Notes: generated by a model not told the origin, from the sequence alone. A stretch of DNA of 64,000 bases from Candidatus Poribacteria bacterium (GCA_963663765.2 CAXXUA010000005.1:32001-96000); one strand, 5' to 3'. Counted from the first letter of the stretch, positions 50,950 to 61,389 are shown. Made by a program: numbers and translations.

Positions 50950-52353
50950 ATGGTTTTCAGTTCACATATTTTCGTCTATTACTTCCTCCCATTTGCGCTG
51001 CTAACCTACTACTTACTCCCTCGTCAAGCAAAGCATTTTGGACTCACGCTCCTAAGTTATCTGTTTTACGGGTGGGCAAACCCACCGTTTGCGTTGTTGA
51101 TGTTTGCGTCAACCGTAATTGATTACACGTGTGGTCATGTTATCGCTGGGAGTGAACATCACCGTAGACGCAGACTGGCGTTGACGATTTCTATATGCTC
51201 AAATTTATCTCTTTTAGGATTTTTCAAATACTTTAACTTTGGAATATCTAACTTCAATACTATTCTCGGATGGTTAGGAAACCCGATATGGGAGGGTGTT
51301 CTTCAGGTAACACTTCCGCTCGGAATCAGTTTCTATACCTTCCAATCGATGAGTTATACAATAGATGTCTATAGAGGTGATGCCAAAGCAATTCAGAATT
51401 TTATTAATTTTGCCTGTTATGTATCAATGTTCCCGCAACTCGTCGCAGGACCAATAATTCGGTTTTCAGAGATTGCAGACCAACTCCGACATCGCATGCA
51501 TACGTTGCAAAAGTTTGCGCGAGGAATCGCTTTTTTCGCATTGGGTATGGCAAAGAAGGTTTTGTTAGCGAACCCATGTGGTAAGTGTGCTGACACAGTA
51601 TTTGATGCGGGTATAGTCAGTACACTTGATGCATGGTATGGTACGATTGCTTATGCGTTTCAAATCTATTTTGATTTTAGCGGTTATTCTGACATGGCAA
51701 TCGGTTTAGGGTTAATGTTAGGCTTTACCTTTCCCAAAAATTTTGATTCCCCTTATCGGTCGGAATCTTTTACTGATTTTTGGCGCAAATGGCATATTTC
51801 GCTATCCAGTTGGTTGCGTGACTATCTCTATATTCCACTTGGTGGTAATCGTCAAGGGCAAACACGAACATACCTCAATTTAGCTCTTGTGATGTTGCTT
51901 GGGGGACTATGGCACGGCGCATCATGGAATTTTGTCATCTGGGGTGGCATTCATGGTGGTATGTTGGCACTTGAGCGAAATAGAGGCAAGACAAGTTATT
52001 ACGAAACTTTACCGAAGATATTAAGAATTTCAATGACTTTTTTTCTAGTGTTAATCACATGGGTTTTCTTCCGTGCTACCGATTTGACGCATGCACTTAC
52101 ATACTTACGGTGTATGTTCAGCAGTGCTGAAGTCCAACCATCTACCAATATAATCGCAGGTATTTTATATCAACCCTACTATCTGTTGACAATATGTGTG
52201 GCTGTGATTGTCGTCTGGTGTCTGCCACAGACGTGGCAGTGGACACAACGATTGACACCAATTAGAATGGCAATCAGTCTTATATTGTTACTAATCTCTC
52301 TTGCGGTTATGTCAACACAAGCGTATAATCCATTCATCTATTTCATTTTTTAG
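50950..52353 (+). CDS. MBOAT O-acyltransferase (AlgI/PatA-like)
   Basis: LPLGISFYTFQ, FPQLVAGPI, YFDFSGYSDMA, FWRKWHISLS, GLWHGA. Confidence 0.95.
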   Translation: MVFSSHIFVYYFLPFALLTYYLLPRQAKHFGLTLLSYLFYGWANPPFALLMFASTVIDYTCGHVIAGSEHHRRRRLALTISICSNLSLLGFFKYFNFGISNFNTILGWLGNPIWEGVLQVTLPLGISFYTFQSMSYTIDVYRGDAKAIQNFINFACYVSMFPQLVAGPIIRFSEIADQLRHRMHTLQKFARGIAFFALGMAKKVLLANPCGKCADTVFDAGIVSTLDAWYGTIAYAFQIYFDFSGYSDMAIGLGLMLGFTFPKNFDSPYRSESFTDFWRKWHISLSSWLRDYLYIPLGGNRQGQTRTYLNLALVMLLGGLWHGASWNFVIWGGIHGGMLALERNRGKTSYYETLPKILRISMTFFLVLITWVFFRATDLTHALTYLRCMFSSAEVQPSTNIIAGILYQPYYLLTICVAVIVVWCLPQTWQWTQRLTPIRMAISLILLLISLAVMSTQAYNPFIYFIF

Positions 52354-52449
52354 ATTCTTGTAAGCGAAGCGTTAAACCCGTTGACTTGAAGATTGGGTTT
52401 AAAAACACTCATCATATAGGACATCGGACTTAAAACAAAAAAATTAGAA

Positions 52450-54024
52450 ATGCAAAGTTTAGCAGATCTCCGTAGAGAAACAGCAGAAAAAGAAATTGGA
52501 AGCACACTTGTCAATAGAAAAGTGTGTGTCGCCAGTATTTTCATTCTTAGTGTTGTTCTCGTATCAGTACCCATCTGTCAATTTACATCGAAAATTATTC
52601 GTGGTGAATCTTTCCAGATTTTTCGTGTTGTTGAACTATTATCTGAACCCAAACGCGAAGTCATTGAAAAGTTTGAAGATAGATTAGAAGAAGAATCAGT
52701 ACTTACAAACTGGCTAATGCCCCATGTGCAGACAATTCTGACTGGGCTGCTCCATATAGGCAATGAACAAGCCTATCTTGGACAAGATGGTTGGTTGTTC
52801 TACCGCGCTGACATTGACTCGCTTTATATGTATAACAACACTCTCTCACAAGTACAACTCGAAACATCTTATCCCCAAGCAGCGCTGAAAGCAATCACTG
52901 ATTTCAAGAAACAATTAAAAGATCGTAACATTACGCTTATTGTTATGCCAATCCCTGTGAAACCATCGATTCATCCAGAAAAGTTTTCTGTACGCCATCA
53001 GAACCCCATGGCTCCGATACACAATCATGCATACACAGAATTCATAGAGGAACTTGTGTCAAATGGTGTTCTGGTGTATGATCCATCATCTATCATATTT
53101 GAAGCTTCTCAACAAAAGGCACAGTATCTCAAAACAGACACACATTGGAAACCAGAAGCAATGGAACGTATCGCGAAACATCTTGCAGAATTCATAACCG
53201 ACCGAGTCAAATTTGTCAATACCCCTACACCAATCTATACTGAAACCGCAACCGATGTTGTAAACGTAGGGGATATTACAAATATGCTCAACTTGTCTGC
53301 ACATCAAACACTGTTTCCACCAGAAAATGTTACAACACACATAGTCCACACCCAAGATAGTCAACGGTGGAAGCCTAATCAAAATTCAGAAATTCTGTTT
53401 CTTGGAGATAGTTTCAGCAATATATATTCACTTGATGGGATGGGATGGGGAGAATCTGCTGGACTTGTTGAACACCTTAGTGCAAAATTGGAACGACCAA
53501 TTGATAAGATTACCATCAACGCTGGAGGTGCCCTTGCAACACGACAGGCACTTGCTCAACAACCTGACCGTCTCATCGGTAAACGTGTTCTGCTTTATCA
53601 ATTCGCGTCACGTGAACTGTATTCCAGCAATTGGACACCAATACAAATCCAACATAGTCAATCTAAACCAGAAAATGAGATGATACCGACAACTCAATTA
53701 AACAAGGTGGTTACAATTTCCGCTTCTATCAAAGACAAGACAGATCCGCCTACTCCCGACAGTGTTCCATATTCCGATTGCATCATTGCACCACACCTCG
53801 AAAATATCAATGTCCCTGATTTACCAGAAGAACTTGTTGTGTTTATATGGGGTATGCGGAAAAACAGATGGACAGCAGCCGCCACATACAAAATCGGACA
53901 GAATGTGACGTTACGTATACATAATTGGGATTCTGTTCAAGCAGACTACGGCAGCTACAATCGTAAAGAACTGGACAATGAGGGAACATGGCTATTAGAT
54001 GTTTATTGGGGTGAAAAACCATGA
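52450..54024 (+). CDS. AlgJ/AlgX-like SGNH O-acetyltransferase
   Basis: GQDGWLFY, P.K.SIHPE, TDTHW, LGDSFS. Confidence 0.88.
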   Translation: MQSLADLRRETAEKEIGSTLVNRKVCVASIFILSVVLVSVPICQFTSKIIRGESFQIFRVVELLSEPKREVIEKFEDRLEEESVLTNWLMPHVQTILTGLLHIGNEQAYLGQDGWLFYRADIDSLYMYNNTLSQVQLETSYPQAALKAITDFKKQLKDRNITLIVMPIPVKPSIHPEKFSVRHQNPMAPIHNHAYTEFIEELVSNGVLVYDPSSIIFEASQQKAQYLKTDTHWKPEAMERIAKHLAEFITDRVKFVNTPTPIYTETATDVVNVGDITNMLNLSAHQTLFPPENVTTHIVHTQDSQRWKPNQNSEILFLGDSFSNIYSLDGMGWGESAGLVEHLSAKLERPIDKITINAGGALATRQALAQQPDRLIGKRVLLYQFASRELYSSNWTPIQIQHSQSKPENEMIPTTQLNKVVTISASIKDKTDPPTPDSVPYSDCIIAPHLENINVPDLPEELVVFIWGMRKNRWTAAATYKIGQNVTLRIHNWDSVQADYGSYNRKELDNEGTWLLDVYWGEKP

Positions 54025-55076
54025 AAATGATAAAATTGCTTCTGTTAATGTTATGGATTTCACTACTCGTTAGTGGGATTGGAAACCGAAATTTTGCTTA
54101 TGCTGCACCAGACCTTTTCTCACAGTCATTGACTGAAATAGTCGATGAAGCTGCCAGAAAAGAAACAACTGTGGTCGAAGGAAAAGATGGATGGTTATTT
54201 TTTGCACCTGAACTCCGTCATCTGAGTGTTCAAGAATTTTGGGGTGGTGCATCAAAGAAAGTCAGTCGTGCATCAAATCCCGAATTTACTGACCCGTTAC
54301 CCGCGATTCTCGACTTTAAAGAACAATTAGACAGCGCGGGGATACTTCTAATATTCGTTCCAATTCCAGCAAAAGCGACCATTTATCCAGAGATGATCTT
54401 AGAACACGAAACAAAATCACGGACCGATATACATCAACAGAAATTCTACGACATCTTACGAAAACATGGCGTGAATGTATTAGATTTAACAGATCTTTTT
54501 CTTAATAATCGATTCACAGATGCTGTACCGTTATATTGCAAACAGGATACGCATTGGTCAGGGTATGCATGTGTTCTGACGGCAAAGGCTATTGCAAAAA
54601 CTATAGGGACGCCACCGTGGATGGATAAGATACCCAAACGAAAAACGAAAATTGAAACACGTTCAGTTGAAATTACTGGAGACCTATGGAAAGAACTTGG
54701 CAATAACGATTTAAAGAAGGAAAAAATTCAACTCAATTTTGTCACAGAAATAAAAGGTTCAAAAGTAAATACTCAACCATTTGAAGCAACGTTGCGATCA
54801 AGTCCTGTTGTTTTGTTAGGAGATAGTCATAATCTTGTTTTTCATGCAGGTGGGGACATGCACGCTCAAGGTGCGGGTCTACCAGAGCATCTGTCGCATC
54901 AGCTTAGGTTTCCTGTTGATGTCGTAGCAGTACGGGGCTCTGGTGCGACCCCATCAAGATTAAGCCTTTTTCGTAGACGAGATAATATGGCAGGCAAACA
55001 AGTTGTCGTATGGTGTCTCAGTGTTCGAGAATTCACAGAAGGACAAGGTTGGCGTAAAGTTCCAGTGATAAAATAA
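54021..55076 (+). CDS. AlgX/AlgJ-like SGNH O-acetyltransferase
   Basis: GKDGWLFF, PAKATIYPE, QDTHWS, LGDSH. Confidence 0.88.
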   Translation: MKMIKLLLLMLWISLLVSGIGNRNFAYAAPDLFSQSLTEIVDEAARKETTVVEGKDGWLFFAPELRHLSVQEFWGGASKKVSRASNPEFTDPLPAILDFKEQLDSAGILLIFVPIPAKATIYPEMILEHETKSRTDIHQQKFYDILRKHGVNVLDLTDLFLNNRFTDAVPLYCKQDTHWSGYACVLTAKAIAKTIGTPPWMDKIPKRKTKIETRSVEITGDLWKELGNNDLKKEKIQLNFVTEIKGSKVNTQPFEATLRSSPVVLLGDSHNLVFHAGGDMHAQGAGLPEHLSHQLRFPVDVVAVRGSGATPSRLSLFRRRDNMAGKQVVVWCLSVREFTEGQGWRKVPVIK

Positions 55077-55095
55077 AATAGTTTTCTGTTTTAAT

Positions 55096-55217
55096 CAGGA
55101 CTAACGCACCCAACGGTAGGCGAGCTTTGTAAGCGCACTGGAAACCGGAAAAATGCTGAAAATTACACCATTTCTGTCATAATTCTTCATCAAATCATAA
55201 AAACTACGTAAGTCCTG
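55096..55217. mobile_element. MITE family A, copy 8
   Basis: TIRs; TSD TTAAT on both sides. Confidence 0.9.
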
Positions 55218-55470
55218 TTAATATATGGTGCTTTGCTATTCCAAACTATATTGAGCAAAGTGAGATCCATAAGCGTCAATTTAGTGAGTCTTTTTCCTAT
55301 CAGAATCACAGATTATACCAAACAAACATGAGTTGTATTGTTTTAGTGCCGATAACATGGACGGGCACAGAGACCCATCCCTACAATTTAGGTTAATTTG
55401 GTATTACTCTGATTACGCGAAATTTTGCCAAATCAACTGTATATAACAAGTATACAATAATTATTGAATC

Positions 55471-56214
55471 TTACTCTATCTCATATACGATAGAGACATT
55501 AACAACTACAGTCAACTCGCCTGGAACAATTGGAGTGGGTGTCCGACCACCACCATCATCCGCAATTGATTCTGCTTGATCATAATCAATTGGCGGACTT
55601 TGGTAATACGTGCTTTCTGTGATCGTAATCGGTTTTCCAAGTGTTACACCGCTTGACTCAGCAAGGGTCTTTGCCTTCGCTTCAGCATTTTTTACCGCTA
55701 AACTCCGCGCTTGAGCTTGTAAAGGTGTTGTATCTTCAATCATAAATTGGATAGAGTTTAGAACGACGCTATCTCCTCCTGCTTCGGCAGCGTCATCAAT
55801 CACATCACTTAACGTATCCAATTCACGTACTTTTGCACGGACAGTGTTGTTAACTCTGTAACCACGTAGTATGCGTCCCCCTTCTGTCCAATCATACTGC
55901 GGATAGATACTGAAATTTTCAGTACTAATGTCATCTTCAGCAATGTCGTTTGCTTTTAATGAATCAATTACACCTGTCATCGCACTTGCTGCATCCTCCC
56001 GTGCTTCACTAACTGACTTTCTTTCAACAGAGACACCTATATTTAGCGATGCAATATCTGGGTCCCCAACGACTGAACCGCTTCCATTAACATGGATGGT
56101 TCTCCCGCTTAATGGTGGGGTTAATATGTGTGAGGTAACATTTGAATCGCAAGCTGTTATCATTGCCACGTAAAATAAAGTGAGTCCTAATAGACAATAC
56201 CTAAATCGTTTCAT
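55471..56214 (-). CDS. SIMPL (DUF541) domain lipoprotein
   Basis: IHVNGSGSV..DPD.A, IYPQYD, A.AKAKTLA, PIVPGE. Confidence 0.92.
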   Translation of the reverse strand: MKRFRYCLLGLTLFYVAMITACDSNVTSHILTPPLSGRTIHVNGSGSVVGDPDIASLNIGVSVERKSVSEAREDAASAMTGVIDSLKANDIAEDDISTENFSIYPQYDWTEGGRILRGYRVNNTVRAKVRELDTLSDVIDDAAEAGGDSVVLNSIQFMIEDTTPLQAQARSLAVKNAEAKAKTLAESSGVTLGKPITITESTYYQSPPIDYDQAESIADDGGGRTPTPIVPGELTVVVNVSIVYEIE

Positions 56215-56263
56215 TTTTTCTCCTTATCGTTTCGGTGTTATTCCAGAACTCACGTTGAAATAT

Positions 56264-57262
56264 CTATTCTGATGGTGTAACTTCCATTTCTTCTGATGGA
56301 GTGGAATCCTCTAATTCTGGTGGTGCCACATTTTCCATCAAGACATCAGATTTCTTAATTAAACTATCAACATTTGTTTTAAATAACATGAATACTTGTT
56401 TTTTATCTATGCTTTTGACATAATGTTTGCCCTCTTCCTCTTTGCCAACATGCAAAGTTGGGGTTGTACCATCGTTGAGAACTGCAGAGATTGTTGAAAT
56501 TGGAGCAGTTAATCCATATTCAGAAAGTTCTTTTGGTTCTGCAAAATCATCTGTCGTCAATTCACTGAAAGTCGTGAGCAGATTGTCAACTTCGGTCTGG
56601 TTCACTTCTGCAGAAATAGGTTGATGCATCTGCCACTTATTTTCAGCATCTAACCGCAACTCTACCTTTTCGTCTGCAGAAGTGATGTGTATCTGTGTTA
56701 CGAGACCTTTTTTAAAGTTGAAAATGTGCCGATCCTTCCAAGTTCTTGTGCTCTTATCAAAAGTCCCTTGAAGATATCCTTGAGCGATATACACATCGTT
56801 GGAATCTGCAACGCGCACAAAACTACTTAGATAACCAGGTGTGTTCTTCCCAACAAACACATGTGCCAACACTTTGTCATTGGCTCCCAGTAGTTTTGTT
56901 TCAACACCAGTGCTATCCACTTGGAAATCAACTTGATTTTTTGGATTATTAGACACGTGGTCAGCATTATCAAATTCTTCAACTTTTTCTAACAGTGCTT
57001 TCACGCTTTCCATGTCGGCAAGATAGTCATCCATTGTCGTGACAACCCATTGTTCATCCTGTTTTGTAAGAACTGTCGTTGCACCTTTAGCAATTATTTC
57101 AATTTTTGAAACTTCATCCTTGTTGAAATCTGGAAAAAGCTTCGTTGCAGTTTCAATCTTCTTTTGATAATCGCTTTTCTTAAAAGGATTTTCAAAAATT
57201 AGGACAACGAGTAACAGAAAAACAAAGATACCGCTTAAAATCAAGAGTTGTTTCTTTTTCAT
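56264..57262 (-). CDS. DUF4340-like protein
   Basis: N-terminal TM; two repeats with W...AD/VD and YGL..P; follows gldG-like gene. Confidence 0.8.
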   Translation of the reverse strand: MKKKQLLILSGIFVFLLLVVLIFENPFKKSDYQKKIETATKLFPDFNKDEVSKIEIIAKGATTVLTKQDEQWVVTTMDDYLADMESVKALLEKVEEFDNADHVSNNPKNQVDFQVDSTGVETKLLGANDKVLAHVFVGKNTPGYLSSFVRVADSNDVYIAQGYLQGTFDKSTRTWKDRHIFNFKKGLVTQIHITSADEKVELRLDAENKWQMHQPISAEVNQTEVDNLLTTFSELTTDDFAEPKELSEYGLTAPISTISAVLNDGTTPTLHVGKEEEGKHYVKSIDKKQVFMLFKTNVDSLIKKSDVLMENVAPPELEDSTPSEEMEVTPSE

Positions 57263-57303
57263 TCTTCTATACGGTTGCTGCGTTCAAGAAATGTCATGCA
57301 AGT

Positions 57304-58944
57304 TTAGAACTGTGAACTGTAGGTTCCAACCAACCGTTTCACCCTCCTTTTTAAGAGATACCGAATCAAGCCAACAATAATAACTAACAACGGAATCCCA
57401 ATAGTACAGAAGTATTTAATGAAATTTTTCTCAAAACCTGAAGCTTCCTTTATAGGTCTATCGGTTATGGTATGTGAGCGGATACCGATAAGTGTTTCTC
57501 CAAGCGTTAACCAATCTATACTGTTTAACAAAAAGTTCACACTGTTTATGCTTACCTGCGTTAAGAATGCTGCTGTTCCTACAACTATAATCTGTGTTTC
57601 TGTGCTCTCAGTAATAGTTGTGCGTTCCGTTGCCTCATCTGTTGTTGTAGTATCATTTGCATCCTCCCCATTGGTTTCCGTATCAGATTCTACCGAAGGT
57701 ATTTCTTTATTTGCATAGAAACTTTTGAATTTACCTTCTAAAGCTGCTGCAACCGTATATGCCTGTAAATCAATCTGTGGAATTTGCGTACCCGGCATTA
57801 AGTTGTAATATCCTTCAAAACTCCTTGCAAACTCACTCGTTTTTGCTAATTCCGTTGACTTAATATCTTCCTTCTCCAAAACTTCTAACGAACTCGTCCA
57901 AGGTAAAGTTAGTGCTTCCAATTGGTTCGTGACGGCGTTCTCTTTTGAGAAATTGTCTCCGATTACTTTGACAAAGTAGGGATAACTTTGACTCACTCTA
58001 AAAGGACCTTGCATATATGCTACGGAGTCATTATATCTAAGATCCGCCACCAAATTGTTACCAAGTTTAACACCGTAATGTTCAAGCATATCATTCAAAC
58101 CAGTGGCAAGTGGAGTCGCTTGAAGCGTTCTATCTTGCATAGTAATTGGGTCAACTAAGAATATCGTTCTACCTCCGCGCATGATGAACTGGTCTATCTC
58201 ATATTTCTCACGTTCTGAAAGTGGACGTTTTGGTCCAGCAACAACTAACGTTGTCACCAATGGATCAACTGGGTCTCCTGCTTGTACGTCAACAGTTGTA
58301 AGGTTATATTGTCCTTGTAAACTCTTATCTAATAATTGGCGAAGTTGTTGGTTTAATTGCGTTTGTGCGTTAATATCATATTCATCATGTCCAGTCAAAA
58401 ATCCAACCGTTTTTGTTTCTTTAGAGGTTACCTTTAAGATTGCAGATGTGAGATCGTATTCCAAATTTGCTGTTGATTGTACAACCGGCAATACCTCTTC
58501 TTTACCACTATACCCCACTGTCATAGCCATGAAGACTTTCGCAGTTGCTGCTTTGTCCTCCTCATAAACATTGAACTGTACTTCAGGGATACCCTTAAAA
58601 CGGAGTTCCTGTTTCTTTGCCTCATCAAATTCAGCTGGATCAATATATTCAATGCTAAGTGCTTGTGAAAATGCAGTATATTCGTCTAAGACATCTCTTA
58701 CATTACGAAGAATCTTTGCAACTTCTGCGGGCTCCTTGGAAAAGTAAACGGTGATCGTAACTATATCATCAAGGTTCTTGATAAGATTCTTGGTTGCCTT
58801 TGAGACAGTATAACGTTTATCTTCTGTGAAATCACCACGCAAAAAACGACGCGAGGATAGGTAATTAAACAACACCAGAATACCGAAAATCAATGCTATA
58901 AAAGCAAGTGTATTACTACCGTATCTGATTCTTTTGTCAACCAA
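57304..58944 (-). CDS. GldG-like ABC auxiliary component
   Basis: DFTEDKRYTVS, EYDLTSAI, GFLTGHDE, DQFIMRGG, N.IDWL. Confidence 0.88.
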   Translation of the reverse strand: MVDKRIRYGSNTLAFIALIFGILVLFNYLSSRRFLRGDFTEDKRYTVSKATKNLIKNLDDIVTITVYFSKEPAEVAKILRNVRDVLDEYTAFSQALSIEYIDPAEFDEAKKQELRFKGIPEVQFNVYEEDKAATAKVFMAMTVGYSGKEEVLPVVQSTANLEYDLTSAILKVTSKETKTVGFLTGHDEYDINAQTQLNQQLRQLLDKSLQGQYNLTTVDVQAGDPVDPLVTTLVVAGPKRPLSEREKYEIDQFIMRGGRTIFLVDPITMQDRTLQATPLATGLNDMLEHYGVKLGNNLVADLRYNDSVAYMQGPFRVSQSYPYFVKVIGDNFSKENAVTNQLEALTLPWTSSLEVLEKEDIKSTELAKTSEFARSFEGYYNLMPGTQIPQIDLQAYTVAAALEGKFKSFYANKEIPSVESDTETNGEDANDTTTTDEATERTTITESTETQIIVVGTAAFLTQVSINSVNFLLNSIDWLTLGETLIGIRSHTITDRPIKEASGFEKNFIKYFCTIGIPLLVIIVGLIRYLLKRRVKRLVGTYSSQF

Positions 58945-58962
58945 AACAGTTTGCCTCCATAC

Positions 58963-59679
58963 TTAACGCCACTTGCGACTCTCAACCGACAGTGTACTTA
59001 AATAGAGAAAAAATCCGATGATAGTGAGATAATAGATAATATCGCGAGAATCAATCACACCGCGTAAAATACTACTATAATGAGCACCAAGACCTAAATA
59101 ACTAAAGATGGGATATAACCAATCGGGGGAACTGAAAAGTACGATGTCTTCTCCAATAATCAACAATACAAAGCAAGTTGTAATTCCCAAAATGAACGCG
59201 ACAATCTGGTTTTCAGTCAATGTTGAAGCAAACAACCCTATTGCCAGATAAGCACCACCCATTAAAAGCAGTCCGACATAACCACATACAATTGTGCCAC
59301 CATCCGGATCACCAAGATACATTACCGATATAGGTATACCAAGGGAAAATAACGCTGTTACTGCAAGCAGCCCGAAACTGGCAAGAAATTTACCAAGAAT
59401 CACCTCATAATCACGAATCGGTAAGGTCATCAAGATTTCAGCAGTGCCAATTTTCTTCTCTTCAGCCCAAAGTTTCATCGTAACCGCGGGGATGAAAAAA
59501 AGAAAAATCCACGGCATTATCCCAAAGAACCCCCGCATTTCTGCTTGACCACTGATGAAAAATGTTCGGAAGAAAAGCCATGATGTAATCCCAAGGAAAA
59601 ACGTAATAAAGATATAAGCAATAGCTGAGTTGAAATAACTTCTGAATTCTTTTTTAAATATAGCGTTAATGTTTTGCAT
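58963..59679 (-). CDS. ABC-2 permease (GldF-like)
   Basis: KKEFRSYFNS.IAY, AEEKKIGT.E.L.T.P, ENQIVAF. Confidence 0.9.
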   Translation of the reverse strand: MQNINAIFKKEFRSYFNSAIAYIFITFFLGITSWLFFRTFFISGQAEMRGFFGIMPWIFLFFIPAVTMKLWAEEKKIGTAEILMTLPIRDYEVILGKFLASFGLLAVTALFSLGIPISVMYLGDPDGGTIVCGYVGLLLMGGAYLAIGLFASTLTENQIVAFILGITTCFVLLIIGEDIVLFSSPDWLYPIFSYLGLGAHYSSILRGVIDSRDIIYYLTIIGFFLYLSTLSVESRKWR

Positions 59680-59727
59680 GCGTCTCTATTTTCGTAGTAA
59701 TATTTGTGATTTTTTTAGGTCCGGTAA

Positions 59728-60723
59728 TTATTCCTCTTCTGTTGAGTCTTCTGCTCTCATGATTTCCCTTGCTGGTATAATGCTACTCGTTTCTCCAGTT
59801 GTAAAATGGAGGAATACCTGCTCTAAATCAACTGATTCTTGGCGGAGTTCAACTAAAACCCATTCATTTTTGACGACAACGTTGTAGACATCCCCCGCAG
59901 CATAATAACCTTCTTGTGATGTCGTTATCTCATATTTGACAACCCCATTGTCCGAACTCACACAATGAATCCCAGTGATACCATCCAATTCTTGTAGTTT
60001 TGGTGTAATTGCTTCTTCTGATCCTTGGATAGTCACATGCAATTTGTCTTCACTGCGAATTTGACCAATAAGTTCATCATGCGTGCCATTAGCGACTATC
60101 TCACCTTGACTGATAATAAGGATTCGGTCACACGTTGCAGCAACTTCAGGTAAAATGTGTGTACTGAAAAGGACAAGTTTCTCTTTGCCAATATCCTTAA
60201 TCAAATTCCGTATTTCAATTGTTTGGCTAGGATCAAGTCCAGAGGTAGGTTCATCCAGAATCAGGATTGGTGGGTCATGTATAAGACTTTGTGCTAAACC
60301 GACACGTTGTCGGTAGCCTTTGGATAGTTCACCGATGTCTTTTTGAATAACACCTTCAAGACCACATATATCAACAACCGCTCGTAACCTTTCTTTTCGT
60401 TGACTTTTGGGAATCTCCCGGATTTCTGTCATGAACTTAAGGTAATCAACGACTCCCATATCCGCATAGAGGGGCGCGCTTTCTGGTAGATACCCTACGT
60501 TCTTCCTGACATCAATGGGATTTTCAACGACATCATATCCAGCTACGGTTGCACTCCCCGCATCAGCAGTGAGATAGCAGGTTAGAATACGCATCGTCGT
60601 AGTCTTGCCTGCACCATTGGGACCAATAAATCCGACAACTTCTCCAGCATGTGCGTCGAATGAAACCTGATTAACGGCAAGTGTTGGGCCGTAAGACTTT
60701 GTAAGTTCTCTAACTTCAATCAT
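59728..60723 (-). CDS. ABC ATPase (GldA-like)
   Basis: GPNGAGKT, LSKGYRQR, ILDEPTSGLDP. Confidence 0.93.
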   Translation of the reverse strand: MIEVRELTKSYGPTLAVNQVSFDAHAGEVVGFIGPNGAGKTTTMRILTCYLTADAGSATVAGYDVVENPIDVRKNVGYLPESAPLYADMGVVDYLKFMTEIREIPKSQRKERLRAVVDICGLEGVIQKDIGELSKGYRQRVGLAQSLIHDPPILILDEPTSGLDPSQTIEIRNLIKDIGKEKLVLFSTHILPEVAATCDRILIISQGEIVANGTHDELIGQIRSEDKLHVTIQGSEEAITPKLQELDGITGIHCVSSDNGVVKYEITTSQEGYYAAGDVYNVVVKNEWVLVELRQESVDLEQVFLHFTTGETSSIIPAREIMRAEDSTEEE

Positions 60724-60813
60724 TACGTATATTTATCTTATAATATTGTATAGGGATGTGGTTGGTGAAAAGGAATCTAACCAATTACCTATTCAGGATT
60801 AAACTCGTTAAAA

Positions 60814-60842
60814 ATGATAACATGAAAATATGGTAATGTCAA
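60814..60842 (-). promoter_or_regulatory. Putative promoter of the ABC operon
   Basis: TTGACA, 17 bp, TATCAT with extended TG. Confidence 0.55.
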
Positions 60843-61007
60843 GAAAAAATAGATTGAATATTTTTCAGGATTTATGTCATTACACAAAAAGGATAGTTGT
60901 GATTGTACCTCATAGGTGTCAATTTAGCTTACCCCTCTTGTCAACTCCTACCGAAACGGTATAATTCATGAACATAAAATTGCCAAAAACTTTACACATC
61001 CCATCCT

Positions 61008-61186
61008 CAGGGTTATTTAGTTTTCCTAATGAGCGAATTTTTCAAAATGAAAACCCTCGGTAGGAGCGACCCGTGGAATGCTATTGGGCGAATGCGCGCA
61101 TGGCATTCGCCATGATTCATACCGTTGATTTACCGGTCGCGATTATCTCAGAAAACAGGTAAAATGGGTAAAACTGAATAACCCTG
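61008..61186. mobile_element. ISAs1-derived MITE family C, copy 2
   Basis: CAGGGTTATTTAGTTTT...AAAACTGAATAACCCTG; interior similar to 6852-7042; no TSD. Confidence 0.85.
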
Positions 61187-61389
61187 TTGCACGCGATTTA
61201 GATGTGCAACAACGTGCTGCATGGCGTATAATGATGAAGATACGTGTAGAGATGGCGAAAAACTCATCGTTATTAGAAGGTATCGTTGAAGATGATGAAA
61301 CTTACATCGGGTGGAAACGCAAGACTGATTACGACCAAAACGAAGATGAACCCCGTAAACGCTGTCGTGGCACCATTGAAAGAGGGTAA
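61187..61389 (+). pseudogene. IS1595-family transposase fragment
   Basis: ARDLDVQQRAAWRIMMKIR...LEGIVEDDETYIG. Confidence 0.8.
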
